A stretch of 49,384 nucleotides of DNA from Candidatus Undinarchaeota archaeon. GTDB taxonomy: Archaea > Undinarchaeota > Undinarchaeia > Undinarchaeales > UBA543. The stretch spans positions 1 to 49,384 of the forward strand of contig CAZMMZ010000009.1 in assembly GCA_964567575.1 (NCBI GenBank), read 5' to 3'. Made by a program: the position numbers and the translations under genes. The notes under the pieces were generated by a model that did no database searches, was not told the DNA's origin, and worked only from the letters and a program-made list of their open reading frames with translations. Positions 9,073-18,922 of this stretch are shown one piece after another; the first letter of the stretch is position 1, and each line of letters opens with the position of its first letter.

Positions 9073-9516
9073 ATGCAATTTGAAGATGTAATGAAGCTTA
9101 TTCTTGGCAAATCCAAGAATAAAACAGGGGGAGAACCGGATAATTCAGAAAATAGCGAAGCTGTTACAGAGAAACAACCAAAATCAAAAGGCAACTGGAG
9201 AAAACACCTTGATTCATGTATGCATTGTGAAATTAATCGAATTGTTAAAGGAACTCATAACCACAAGTATGCGTATAAGCGGACATTGAATGTTAGAAAC
9301 GCTCAGCTATGGGTTGCTTTAGCTCAAATGAGTCAAAGAGTAAGTGAGTTAGAAATTCAGCTCGGTGTTAAATCTTCCGAAGAAGTTCCAGTCGAAGTTG
9401 AAGAACAAACAGTTGAAGAAAAAATTATTGAAGAACCACAAAAATCTTCTCAGATGATTATATCTGGCCAACCCGCGGCTTCAATCGAGCAACAAGTTCC
9501 TCTTGAGCAATCCTAA
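9073..9516 (+). CDS. Hypothetical protein
   Basis: 147-aa ORF with CxxC and His cluster, NAQLWVALAQM helix and acidic tail; 3' overlap with the convergent nfi-like gene. Confidence 0.6.
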   Translation: MQFEDVMKLILGKSKNKTGGEPDNSENSEAVTEKQPKSKGNWRKHLDSCMHCEINRIVKGTHNHKYAYKRTLNVRNAQLWVALAQMSQRVSELEIQLGVKSSEEVPVEVEEQTVEEKIIEEPQKSSQMIISGQPAASIEQQVPLEQS

Positions 9517-10117
9517 TTGGCTCAGGGATCTTAGAAATTAATAACTTTTCTACTATTCTGGCTGCTGAATCAATACTTATTTTGTTTCCAGGACTTACAA
9601 AAACAGATGGTGCTCCTAATTCTTTTTTAACTACTTTACCAACTTTTTCTTCATCCATGTAAATGTATTTCCCTTCATCTTCTTCTACAATATTTCCACA
9701 CATTAATTGAATTGATGCACCAATTGTTGGGAGATCAAGTGCAAGTCCAACGTGTGATGCAAGTCCAAGACGACGAGGATGAGTTATTCCATGACCATTT
9801 ATTAAATAAACATCAGCTTTTTCAAAATCTCTTATTGCATCAACAACTACTTTCCCTTCTCGAAATCCTTCGCATCCTGGAAGCGCTGGGAAATCGACGT
9901 GTTCGCTTTTTATTTCTTTTTTTGTAACTGTTCGTGTTTCAACATCATAAAGAGCAAGTCCAACAGTTACATTATTACCTCGAGAATAAATTGCAACGCC
10001 GCATACTGTTTTTGGGTCTGCTGATAAACTATCATCCAAACTAACATCTTCTGCAAGCTGTTTTTGAAGCTCTGCTGCTTCAGTTATTGGGATAGATTTA
10101 GGAAAGTATTTGCTCAT
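9458..10117 (-). CDS. nfi: Endonuclease V homolog, predicted catalytically inactive
   Basis: FREG, GHGITHPRRLGLASHVG, PVFVSPG-like and IPEPIR motifs; the catalytic Asp positions are substituted (see findings). Confidence 0.85.
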   Translation of the reverse strand: MSKYFPKSIPITEAAELQKQLAEDVSLDDSLSADPKTVCGVAIYSRGNNVTVGLALYDVETRTVTKKEIKSEHVDFPALPGCEGFREGKVVVDAIRDFEKADVYLINGHGITHPRRLGLASHVGLALDLPTIGASIQLMCGNIVEEDEGKYIYMDEEKVGKVVKKELGAPSVFVSPGNKISIDSAARIVEKLLISKIPEPIRIAQEELVARLKPRVGQI

Positions 10118-10128
10118 ATTAGAATTAA

Positions 10129-10749
10129 CTATTCTCCGCGGGGTATTTGAGGTTTTGTATGTCGTGCTGAAAGATTCCTAATGTTCAATAATTCAAGTTT
10201 TGCAGTATGACTCATATTTCGCACATGTGCAACGATTTTTGAAAGATCTATTATTACTTTTCGAGAATTTCTAGCTTTGTCAGATACTTTTTTTGGTGAG
10301 TAATTTGAAAGCATATGTTTTATCCAAAGATCTGCTTTTGTAATTCCTTTTTCAACCCTGGAATAAGCAGTTATTACAGAATCAATTTGTTTTATGCATC
10401 CGTCACTGTAACTAACTAATTTTGTATAAGAGTCTTCTTTGTTCTGATTAAAATCTCCAAGGAAACTCTTGAGCGTAGCATCGCGGTTATAACTGCTTTG
10501 CACTAAAAAGAATTTAGCAAGAATTTTTTGTAATTCTGTATCAAGAACTTCAAGATCAATTCCTATGTTTGAAACATTTGTAACTTCAGAACTGTAAACC
10601 TCTTTTTTTATTTTTTCTAACAAACCACTTGTACCACTTTGCATTGGCTTGACGGTTTTCATATTTTCAATAAAGTGAGAAGATTGTTTGACAAGACGAG
10701 ATACTTGATTTGTAAAATCCGCTTGAGTACTGTACATAGGTTGGTCCAT
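10129..10749 (-). CDS. Hypothetical helical protein
   Basis: 206-aa ORF, co-directional between the TrmB gene and nfi. Confidence 0.6.
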   Translation of the reverse strand: MDQPMYSTQADFTNQVSRLVKQSSHFIENMKTVKPMQSGTSGLLEKIKKEVYSSEVTNVSNIGIDLEVLDTELQKILAKFFLVQSSYNRDATLKSFLGDFNQNKEDSYTKLVSYSDGCIKQIDSVITAYSRVEKGITKADLWIKHMLSNYSPKKVSDKARNSRKVIIDLSKIVAHVRNMSHTAKLELLNIRNLSARHTKPQIPRGE

Positions 10750-10792
10750 TGGAATAGAGTAGTAATTGCTGGGATAAATATGTTATGTTTCG

Positions 10793-11554
10793 CTAGAAGC
10801 TGATACTATTTTGCCAACTGTGCTCAAACAATTGTTCAAGCGAATTTGCTAAGTATTGGCCTTTCACTAACACTCCTGTGTTTGGTGAAGTTATTAAGAA
10901 CGATTCTTTTCCATCTTTTACAAAGAATCTTCCTTTCATAGTCTTATTGTGCTTTGCTTCTGCGAATTTTTTGAATCCCTCTGGAAGTTTTGCTTTGTGA
11001 TTATTAGTTATAATTCGTGTTTTGACCCCACGGTTCTTTGCGGTTTTCAAGTGAACCCTGTGATTTTTATGCAAACGGTCAAGTCCATCTTCATTTGTAA
11101 TTTTAATTATGCTTTTGTTTGCAGAACTTATCATACTTTTTATGTGAGTGTTAATGTTATCTTCTCCGCGAATTATACTAACAGATTCATTTCCATCTTC
11201 TTTTTGTTTTGAAGATATTTTTCCTAGTTCTTTTTCAAGATCTGTTCCGATATTTTCAAAATGATTAACTTGTTTACTGAATTCTTTTTCTGCACCTTGT
11301 TTTAATTTTTCAATAACAAGATTTGGTTGTACAGATGCGTATTTTACTGGTCTGCCTAATTGAACAATTGCAAAACCCTTCTTCTCTAAGCTGTTTAGAA
11401 CATCATAAACTCGTGATCGAGGAACTCTGGATTGTTCTGCTATCTCTCCAACAGTTGAAACACCGTTAGAAACAAGTGATGTATAAACAGCAGATTCGTA
11501 TTGATTTAATCCAACACGTTTCAAAAGATTTTGAATATTATTTTCGACTCTCAT
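10793..11554 (-). CDS. TrmB family transcriptional regulator
   Basis: GLNQYESAVYTSL, SRVPRSRVYDVLNSLEKKGF, GRPVKY wHTH; C-terminal PLD-like effector domain. Confidence 0.92.
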   Translation of the reverse strand: MRVENNIQNLLKRVGLNQYESAVYTSLVSNGVSTVGEIAEQSRVPRSRVYDVLNSLEKKGFAIVQLGRPVKYASVQPNLVIEKLKQGAEKEFSKQVNHFENIGTDLEKELGKISSKQKEDGNESVSIIRGEDNINTHIKSMISSANKSIIKITNEDGLDRLHKNHRVHLKTAKNRGVKTRIITNNHKAKLPEGFKKFAEAKHNKTMKGRFFVKDGKESFLITSPNTGVLVKGQYLANSLEQLFEHSWQNSISF

Positions 11555-11621
11555 CCATTACCCTCACTATTTGACTTCAATAAAGTAGTATTTAATTATT
11601 ATTGTTCAGTGGTAACTACCA

Positions 11622-13292
11622 TTATTTTCGTTGTATATCGTAAATTCGTTCCACTTTATCCATTGTGTCTGCATCTGAAGCTCCTTTATCAGATCTTATT
11701 GTCTTAACTCTTGGAAATCGTAATGCATAGCCACTCTCATAAGTTGGTGATCTTTGTATTTCTTCATAAGAAATTTCTACAATTATCTTTGGTGTTATTT
11801 CAACTTCTTTAATGTGCTCTTTTGTAATGAGTGGTGTTAGGGTTTTTGTTAATTCTTCTAAATCTGTGTCAGTTAATCCTGTTGCAACTTTTCCGATTTC
11901 AACAAATTCTCCCTTATCTGGATCGCGGACACCAAGAATAAATGAGCCCATCCATTTCTTGCGTCGACCTTCTCCCCATAACGCTCCAATGATTGCAAGA
12001 TCAAGAGATTCAAGTTCTGGTTTGATTTTTTCCATGTGTTTGACTCTGGAACCAGGAGTATACGGTGATGTTAAGTTCTTTGCCATAACTCCTTCGTGTC
12101 CCATTTTCAAAGCTTTATTGTAAAGTTCTTCAGCTTCTTTTTCATCTTTTGTAATAAGTTGATCAGCAACTTGGAATTTTCCTTTTTCTGCTGTTATAAT
12201 TTCCTCAAGTTTTTTACGTCGTTCTTTAAATGGAGTATCTACGTAGCTTTTTCCATCAACCATCATAATATCAAATAAGTTAACCTCAATTGGAATTTCT
12301 TCCATTAAAATTTCAATATCGTATTTTCTTTTTATCCTGCGAGACAGTTTTTGGAACGGTTGCGGCCTCTTGGTTTTTGGATCAATTCCTACTGCTTCAC
12401 CTTCAATAATACAAGTATCTACATTAATTGCTTTTTTTGCATATTCAACAATTTCTGGAAATTGTTTTGTGACATTGTCAAGTCGTCTTGTGTAAACTGT
12501 TATTTCATTTCCTTTTTTGTGAATTTGAGTGCGCATTCCATCAAATTTTATTTCAAACGCAGCTTCTCCGCCCATGTCTTCAATTGCTTCTTTTATTCCT
12601 TTGGCTTTTTGAGCAAGCATAGGTTTGAGTGGTTTGCGTAGTTCTATTTTGAGTTTTGATAATCCTAGTTTCCCACTCTTCTTTGCAATTCGCGCAACTT
12701 CACCAAAATCATTTGTAACATTATTTGCTTTTTCAATAATATCTGCTGGAACATCAAATGCTTTTGCAATTGCATCGCGAACAATTCCTTCACCAACTCC
12801 AACGCGCATTTCCTGCATAACTGTGCGGACAATATACTTTGCTTCTTCTGGTTTTGCAGATGTTAATAATTCTGATAGCAAACCTACTTTTAATTCAATA
12901 GATCCCCCACCACTTTGATCAGGGATTTTAATTAAATTCGCATAAACTTTTTTTACAGTAAGTTTGTTGGAAGAAAGTGTTGATTGTGTTTTCTTTGCAA
13001 TAACTTCTTCAGCACCTTCTCCAATATCTCCATGGTTTCTAATTTCTTGTTTGATTTCTTTTTCTTCAAGTCCTGTTGTTTTTGCAAGGGTCTTCACCAT
13101 AATACTTTCAGCTACGCCAAGTTCAGTTTCAGACCACGCTGGAAAAATTCTTCCTTGCACAAGCAGTGCTACAATTGGTAGTTGTTCTTCAGGGCAAGAT
13201 GCGAAAAAATCCGCTATAATATCGCGCTTTTCTAATCGTTTTGTTGTCTTTTCCAAATCCTGATAAACAGACGCTAACTTTGAATAATCCAT
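11622..13292 (-). CDS. lig: ATP-dependent DNA ligase
   Basis: EIKFDGMRTQ (KxDG), EGVMAK, DLAIIGALWGEGRR, ALRFPRV..IRSDK; start set at MDYSKL. Confidence 0.98.
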   Translation of the reverse strand: MDYSKLASVYQDLEKTTKRLEKRDIIADFFASCPEEQLPIVALLVQGRIFPAWSETELGVAESIMVKTLAKTTGLEEKEIKQEIRNHGDIGEGAEEVIAKKTQSTLSSNKLTVKKVYANLIKIPDQSGGGSIELKVGLLSELLTSAKPEEAKYIVRTVMQEMRVGVGEGIVRDAIAKAFDVPADIIEKANNVTNDFGEVARIAKKSGKLGLSKLKIELRKPLKPMLAQKAKGIKEAIEDMGGEAAFEIKFDGMRTQIHKKGNEITVYTRRLDNVTKQFPEIVEYAKKAINVDTCIIEGEAVGIDPKTKRPQPFQKLSRRIKRKYDIEILMEEIPIEVNLFDIMMVDGKSYVDTPFKERRKKLEEIITAEKGKFQVADQLITKDEKEAEELYNKALKMGHEGVMAKNLTSPYTPGSRVKHMEKIKPELESLDLAIIGALWGEGRRKKWMGSFILGVRDPDKGEFVEIGKVATGLTDTDLEELTKTLTPLITKEHIKEVEITPKIIVEISYEEIQRSPTYESGYALRFPRVKTIRSDKGASDADTMDKVERIYDIQRK

Positions 13293-13395
13293 TAACAAGT
13301 CTTATTTTCGTTTATTTAATAACTTTTCCAGTACTCTGCTCCATCTGCGAAACATATTTAAATCATGATTACAGCGTTTTCTAACGGTGGTAACA

Positions 13396-13584
13396 ATGAT
13401 AGGTGATACATCTGTAGAAGACATGACTGTTCAAACTGAAGAACAACCTTCAAGCACAGTCTGTTTCAAGTGTGGGAAAACAGGGAAAAATCATTGCCGT
13501 GTGTGTGGAGAATTTTTTTGTGAATTACACGGTAATGCGGAAGATAGTCGCTGTGGAAAGTGCGACGAAGATTATAGCTTTTAG
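13396..13584 (+). CDS. Small double-zinc-finger protein
   Basis: CxxC-x6-CxxC-x4-CxxH-x7-CxxC; TATA-like ATATTTAAAT upstream. Confidence 0.6.
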   Translation: MIGDTSVEDMTVQTEEQPSSTVCFKCGKTGKNHCRVCGEFFCELHGNAEDSRCGKCDEDYSF

Positions 13585-14427
13585 TTATTTTTTTCTTCTA
13601 GCTTTTCTCCCGTCAATAATATACCTCCTTGGATAAGGTATTTCTATTCCGCGTTTGTCAAATTCTTTCTTAATATTGTAACGCATATCTGACGGTGTTT
13701 TGCGAACAAATTGTCCACCTGGAACCCAAGTTCTTAATTGAAGTGTTATTCCAGATTCTCCAAGATCATCAACTCGCACATCTGGTGCAGGATCGTTCAT
13801 AACATTCTTGTCTTTCTTTGCAATGTCTGTGAGTATCTTTATTGCTTTGTCAATATCAGATTCATAGCTTATGTCAACTTCTGTTTTCACTCTGATTTTT
13901 GGATCTTTCTTTGTATAGTTGATTATGTTTGACGCTGCAACGTAATTATTTGGAAGTACAATTAGGTTGTTATCAAAAGTTTTGATTTGTGTGCTTCTAA
14001 GTCCAATGTCGTAAAGACGGCCGTTCAAGTCTCCGATTTTAATAATATCTCCTATCTTGAATGGTTCATCCATGAATAATGAAATTCCTGCAAATACATT
14101 TGATAAACTATCACGCAATGCAAATCCTAGTACGATACCAATAATTCCTGCAGATGTAAGCATTGGTACAAGTATTCCTTCTATTCCTAAGCTGTTAAGA
14201 ATTATCAATAACGCAGCAATGTACACAACTGCTTTTGTTATAAGTTCAGTAAGCTCCAAGACAGTTGGTTCAATATGACCTTTCATATGCTTGCGCATTA
14301 ATCTTGAAATAAATTTGGTTAATATATTTGCTACAACCAAAATAACAATAACAATGCTGGCTTTTATTGTCCATTGTATCCACACTCTTGCGGTGGTACT
14401 CACTGTGCTTAGAAGATTTTCGAACAT
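13585..14427 (-). CDS. mscS: Small-conductance mechanosensitive channel
   Basis: GIIGIVLGFALRDSLSNVFAG, PFKIGDII, IGLRSTQI, NYT; start re-assigned to MFENLL after a GAGGA SD. Confidence 0.93.
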   Translation of the reverse strand: MFENLLSTVSTTARVWIQWTIKASIVIVILVVANILTKFISRLMRKHMKGHIEPTVLELTELITKAVVYIAALLIILNSLGIEGILVPMLTSAGIIGIVLGFALRDSLSNVFAGISLFMDEPFKIGDIIKIGDLNGRLYDIGLRSTQIKTFDNNLIVLPNNYVAASNIINYTKKDPKIRVKTEVDISYESDIDKAIKILTDIAKKDKNVMNDPAPDVRVDDLGESGITLQLRTWVPGGQFVRKTPSDMRYNIKKEFDKRGIEIPYPRRYIIDGRKARRKK

Positions 14428-14524
14428 TTTTTCCTCATTCTGGATTACTAATTTAGCATTTAAATAGTTAATCTTCTGTTGTTTTAACCCAAAGTCTAAA
14501 TAGTTCGTAATAAATATTATTCTC

Positions 14525-14896
14525 ATGGGTTCTCATAAGTCCAAACCAAAGAACTTTCCAGATATAAAAAAACAACTTTTAGCTCTGGAGAAACGGCTTG
14601 CTATTGAACGTAAGTTTATAGATCAGGATGATTATCCTTGGCATATCCACGAATACTTTTACAAGCTTTTGAAAATGGATTTAAAAATAGTAACTAGTAT
14701 GTTAAGCCTTGGGGATATTTCATTTAAGGGTGAGGTGAGGCTTATGGCTCAGTATATCCTTGATGAACATGGTTGGACGGATACATTCATAGATTTGATA
14801 AAAGATACAGAAGACAATATCATAAGTAAACGAGGCAAAGCTGAGATAATTCACATTTTCAGGGAGCTTGATAATTTGAGAAAAAATATGAAATAA
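14525..14896 (+). CDS. Hypothetical protein
   Basis: 123-aa ORF divergent from mscS; no recognisable motif. Confidence 0.55.
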   Translation: MGSHKSKPKNFPDIKKQLLALEKRLAIERKFIDQDDYPWHIHEYFYKLLKMDLKIVTSMLSLGDISFKGEVRLMAQYILDEHGWTDTFIDLIKDTEDNIISKRGKAEIIHIFRELDNLRKNMK

Positions 14897-14947
14897 TTAG
14901 TTGTTGATGCAAAACTACTATAAATCAGTGTAATCTTAATAATTCTC

Positions 14948-15775
14948 ATGGGTCTTGGTAATATTATTCACAAAATCGTCCACTATGATGGAGATCCAGT
15001 TGTCATTCATAAGAAAACAGATCTTCACGGTACTTTTTATTCTCCTAAAGAAGGGGAAGTAAATGATGTTGGTATTGTTCTTTGTCATGGCCTCACACTT
15101 TTCCGCAAATTATTTGAGCCAATGGCAAAAGTGATTCGGGATAGGGGTTTTGATGTTCTTACTATGACTTTCCGCGGTCATGGGTGGAGGCGCAAAGGCA
15201 AGCTTACACTTGAGCGTGCTCTTAAGGATGTGAAACATTGTGTTCGATTCATGCAAAATCCTGGGGAGGATTCTAATTGCCGTGCTCACAAAAAAATAAT
15301 TCTTGTTGGCCATAGCTTAGGGGCTTTAATGTCTCTTAGAGCATCACTTTGCAAGAGTGTTAAAGAAAACATTATTGGCCTTGTTCTTGTTGGGTGCCCA
15401 ATAAAACTTGCAGATTATAAACTGCGCTCAGCTTCTATATTCGGTGGTGCAAAGTTTCTTGCTAATGTTGATGTTTCTGAGATTCTCAAGCATCTGAAGG
15501 ATTTTGATGCACTGAAGGATATAAAAAAAGTAAAGATTCCAACAATAATGGTTTATGGAAAACTTGATGAAATCTTATTATTATACCAAAAAAATCCAAA
15601 GTTACTGGAGGCACAAATAAAAAAGAAGAATAAAGTTGTTGAGTTCAAATCAATTGGAGGGATGTTCCACACTCCTATTAATTTGTTGCATAGTATTGGT
15701 GTAAAAACTTCTGTGGAAACGTGTTATACGCTTATTGCTGATTGGATTGAGGGACACGCTAATTCTTCTGAATAA
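14948..15775 (+). CDS. Alpha/beta hydrolase
   Basis: CHG oxyanion motif, FRGHG, GHSLG nucleophile elbow, GKLDE Asp and GMFH His. Confidence 0.9.
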   Translation: MGLGNIIHKIVHYDGDPVVIHKKTDLHGTFYSPKEGEVNDVGIVLCHGLTLFRKLFEPMAKVIRDRGFDVLTMTFRGHGWRRKGKLTLERALKDVKHCVRFMQNPGEDSNCRAHKKIILVGHSLGALMSLRASLCKSVKENIIGLVLVGCPIKLADYKLRSASIFGGAKFLANVDVSEILKHLKDFDALKDIKKVKIPTIMVYGKLDEILLLYQKNPKLLEAQIKKKNKVVEFKSIGGMFHTPINLLHSIGVKTSVETCYTLIADWIEGHANSSE

Positions 15776-16106
15776 TTCCTTGCTTTTCTAAATTCAATAA
15801 AAGAGTATACAAATAAAGGTCATCTTCTGCTATTGATTTTTCCAATTTGTCTTTCTTTACAGCACCATTATTCTTTTCAAAAGTGTCAATAACTTTTTTC
15901 ATGTTTTCCAAAAAGTTTTCTTCTTTGTCGCAAGATTGTCCATTTGCTCTAAGATTGTCGCATTCTTTTTGATATGATTTAATTTGCTCATCAAAAAGAT
16001 TTTTGTAATTATCAGTAAGCTTGAATGTTTTTGTAAAATATTCTAAAGCTAGATTTGTCAATATCTTTTTGAGTTCATCTGTTCCAACTTCTTTTATTCC
16101 TGCCAT
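15759..16106 (-). CDS. Hypothetical protein
   Basis: 115-aa ORF directly downstream of rtcB on the same strand. Confidence 0.55.
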   Translation of the reverse strand: MAGIKEVGTDELKKILTNLALEYFTKTFKLTDNYKNLFDEQIKSYQKECDNLRANGQSCDKEENFLENMKKVIDTFEKNNGAVKKDKLEKSIAEDDLYLYTLLLNLEKQGIIQKN

Positions 16107-16111
16107 TTTGT

Positions 16112-17554
16112 TTAACCTTTGATTGAAATTAGTGGTTTTACTTTAACTACTTTCTTTGCAATGCCAGAATTGTGCATCACATCAACCACTTCTGTGACAT
16201 TCTTGTAAGCGCCTGGTGCTTCTTCAGCAACTCCAGCTTTTGAATGTCCTTTGATTACTATTCCTTTTCGTTCAAGTTCTTTAATTATGTTTTCCCCATT
16301 AAATTGTTTCTTTGCTTGCATTCTACTCATAATTCTTCCTGCGCCATGACAAGCAGATCCAAAAGTTTCATTCATTCCTTTTTGAGTGCCATGCAAAATG
16401 TAAGAACAAGTTCCCATTGTTCCTCCAACAAGAATTGGCTGTCCAATTTTCCTGTATTTTGTTGGAACTTCTTTGCATCCTGGACCAAAAGCTCGTGTTG
16501 CTCCTTTTCTGTGGATAATTAATTCTTTTCCATTATGTTTTTCTAATTTGCAAGTATTATGTCCGATTTCATAGAAAGTTTCAAGATCTTCATCAGCAGT
16601 TCCGAAAATTTGATGGAATCCTTTGCGTGTTAAATGCGCCAGTGCCTGTCGGTTTGCAAACGCACAATTAATACCTGCATTTACTGCACTAAAATATTTC
16701 TGTCCTTCTTCACTTTGGAATGGTGCGCAAACTAATTCCTTTTCTCGAATTGGAATTTTGTATTTGCGACTTGCCTTGTCAAGTTCTTTCAAATAATCAG
16801 TTCCAATTTGATGTCCAAGTGCGCGAGAACCGCAATGAATTGAAATTAGAATTTGATTTTTCTCAAGTCCGTATTCTTTTGCTGCGTTTTCATCAAAAAT
16901 CTCATCAACATATTGAACTTCTAAATAATGATTTCCTGAACCAAGAGTTCCGATTTGTTTGAATTGGCGTTGCTTTGCAGTATTAGAAACATTTTCTGGT
17001 TTTGCTCCTGCAATTTTTCCATTCTCTTCAATAAATTCTAAATCAGATTTAATTCCATATCCTTGTTCAAGTGAAAACTCAGCGCCTTTTACAAGAACTT
17101 CATCAATTTGTTCTTTTGTAAGTTTAATATCGCCAGTTGATCCAAGTCCAGCTGGAATTACTTTGTAAAGCGCATCTGCAAGTTCTTTTTTTTTTGATTC
17201 AATATCTTTTTTTGAAACAGTTGTTTTCAGAGTTCGAACTCCGCAGTTGATATCAAAACCAACACCAGCTACACTAATAACTCCTTCATTAATATTAAAT
17301 GCTCCTACACCGCCGATTGGGAATCCATATCCTGGATGAACATCTGGCATTGCCAAGCTGGCTTTTTGAATTCCTGGTAAGCAGGCAACATTGTAAACTT
17401 GTTTTAAAGCATTCCATTCTTTTCCTGCTTTAATATCATCATCTAAATGTTGAACAATTTGTTTGTCTCCATAAACTCGTCCTGGAACTACCATCTCCTC
17501 TTTCTTTGGGAGTTCCCAAACATAATCTGAAACTTGGTTAAGTGTTAGATCCAT
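16112..17554 (-). CDS. rtcB: RNA-splicing ligase RtcB
   Basis: MPDVHPGYGFPIGG, GFDINCG, GTLGSGNHYLE, HCGSR, HRKGAT, HGAGR, EEAPGAYK; start ATG 17554 overlaps the archease stop. Confidence 0.98.
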   Translation of the reverse strand: MDLTLNQVSDYVWELPKKEEMVVPGRVYGDKQIVQHLDDDIKAGKEWNALKQVYNVACLPGIQKASLAMPDVHPGYGFPIGGVGAFNINEGVISVAGVGFDINCGVRTLKTTVSKKDIESKKKELADALYKVIPAGLGSTGDIKLTKEQIDEVLVKGAEFSLEQGYGIKSDLEFIEENGKIAGAKPENVSNTAKQRQFKQIGTLGSGNHYLEVQYVDEIFDENAAKEYGLEKNQILISIHCGSRALGHQIGTDYLKELDKASRKYKIPIREKELVCAPFQSEEGQKYFSAVNAGINCAFANRQALAHLTRKGFHQIFGTADEDLETFYEIGHNTCKLEKHNGKELIIHRKGATRAFGPGCKEVPTKYRKIGQPILVGGTMGTCSYILHGTQKGMNETFGSACHGAGRIMSRMQAKKQFNGENIIKELERKGIVIKGHSKAGVAEEAPGAYKNVTEVVDVMHNSGIAKKVVKVKPLISIKG

Positions 17555-17976
17555 TATACATCCACCACGCATTGAACATAATGTTTGCCTTCTTTCTGTT
17601 CGTATTTCATTCCATGAAGTGTCGCTGCTTTGACTTCAGTTTTTGCTTTGTGTTTTTCTTGGTCAAGTTTTTCACCATAAGCTTTTGCTGTAAGTGAGTA
17701 GTGCTCACCTTCATTTTTAATTACAACTTCGAATTTTGAAAAAACCATGCTATGAATATCTGCTTCAGCAATAGCGTTGTTTAGAAATTCTACAAAAAGC
17801 ATTTCAATTGATTCAGCATCACAGCTGAATTCTGCATTATCAGTTGTTTCCACAGCGTCAAGATCAATCATAATACTAAACATTGCTCTCGCTCCTTCTT
17901 CAAATGCTTGCTCCACAGTGTCGCCGATACCGACAACACCCATGTCCGCGTCATGCTCTTTTAGCTCGTAAGTCAT
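17554..17976 (-). CDS. Archease
   Basis: EHDAD, EVKAATLH, VVDV C-terminus; translationally coupled to rtcB. Confidence 0.95.
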   Translation of the reverse strand: MTYELKEHDADMGVVGIGDTVEQAFEEGARAMFSIMIDLDAVETTDNAEFSCDAESIEMLFVEFLNNAIAEADIHSMVFSKFEVVIKNEGEHYSLTAKAYGEKLDQEKHKAKTEVKAATLHGMKYEQKEGKHYVQCVVDV

Positions 17977-18056
17977 ACTACAACTCACAATTCTGTTATA
18001 TTTAAATTCTCTTACTAATAGAAATTCAAATAAACCTCAAATTTCAATAGGTTTTC

Positions 18057-18863
18057 ATGTTTAAGGCATATGGTGTTGATAAAGAACTTTTTTGTCAAAG
18101 AGCCATGCTTCTTGTTGTACAACCTTTTACTTTTGTAAAAGATAAACCTAAATTCAATAAAGTCTACCAGCTTATGCAAAAATGCACATCTCGAAAAATA
18201 CCAATAATTCTTACTGAGTATGTTTTTGATCCTCTAACATTATGGACAAAAGGTGTGGAAGCTGAGCATAAGGCTTCGCGTTCTTTATCAAAATATGCAA
18301 CATACCTTTTAAAAATTCATATTAAACTTATCAAAAATACAGAAATTGCAGAGGAGATTGATCTAATTATTAACAATGAGTTAGTTGAGCGGTTTAAAGT
18401 TCCACCTGCTCAAACAATTTCTGGAAAGCAGACAAAATATTTTCAAACAGTTAGTCAAATCCTTGTTAAAATTTTTGAATTACAAAAAGAAAAAGATGAA
18501 TTATTTCTCCCTTTTGTAATTGAAGAGGAGCATGCTCTAACACGGGATTTTCTTATGGTCGTTGGTGGTTATGTAAATCATTGTCAAAGAAATTATATTA
18601 AATTCTTGCAAAAAGATATTCTTTATTCTCAAATTGATACTGTGTATTCTTTTCATGCTCACCGTAATAAAAGTATGACTCCGTTAAAAATTGTATATTT
18701 TCCTGGGTTAAGTGTGACTGAAGAAGAGATGCGTGGAAAACGCGTTACCTCTAGAGAAAAAATTAATTATCTAAAATTTGGTAAAGTTGGTAGGAGAAAA
18801 ATTGAGCAAGATTTAATTGTTATTAATACTCCAACTAATTTTATGAATTATTATCTCTCTTAA
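18057..18863 (+). CDS. Hypothetical protein (weak PIN-like pattern)
   Basis: 268-aa ORF; spaced acidic residues after beta-strands (see findings). Confidence 0.6.
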   Translation: MFKAYGVDKELFCQRAMLLVVQPFTFVKDKPKFNKVYQLMQKCTSRKIPIILTEYVFDPLTLWTKGVEAEHKASRSLSKYATYLLKIHIKLIKNTEIAEEIDLIINNELVERFKVPPAQTISGKQTKYFQTVSQILVKIFELQKEKDELFLPFVIEEEHALTRDFLMVVGGYVNHCQRNYIKFLQKDILYSQIDTVYSFHAHRNKSMTPLKIVYFPGLSVTEEEMRGKRVTSREKINYLKFGKVGRRKIEQDLIVINTPTNFMNYYLS

Positions 18864-18922
18864 TCCTAGTCTCAAAGTTTAAATACACTTATTATCTACT
18901 TTTATTCAGGATTGGTTCCAAT

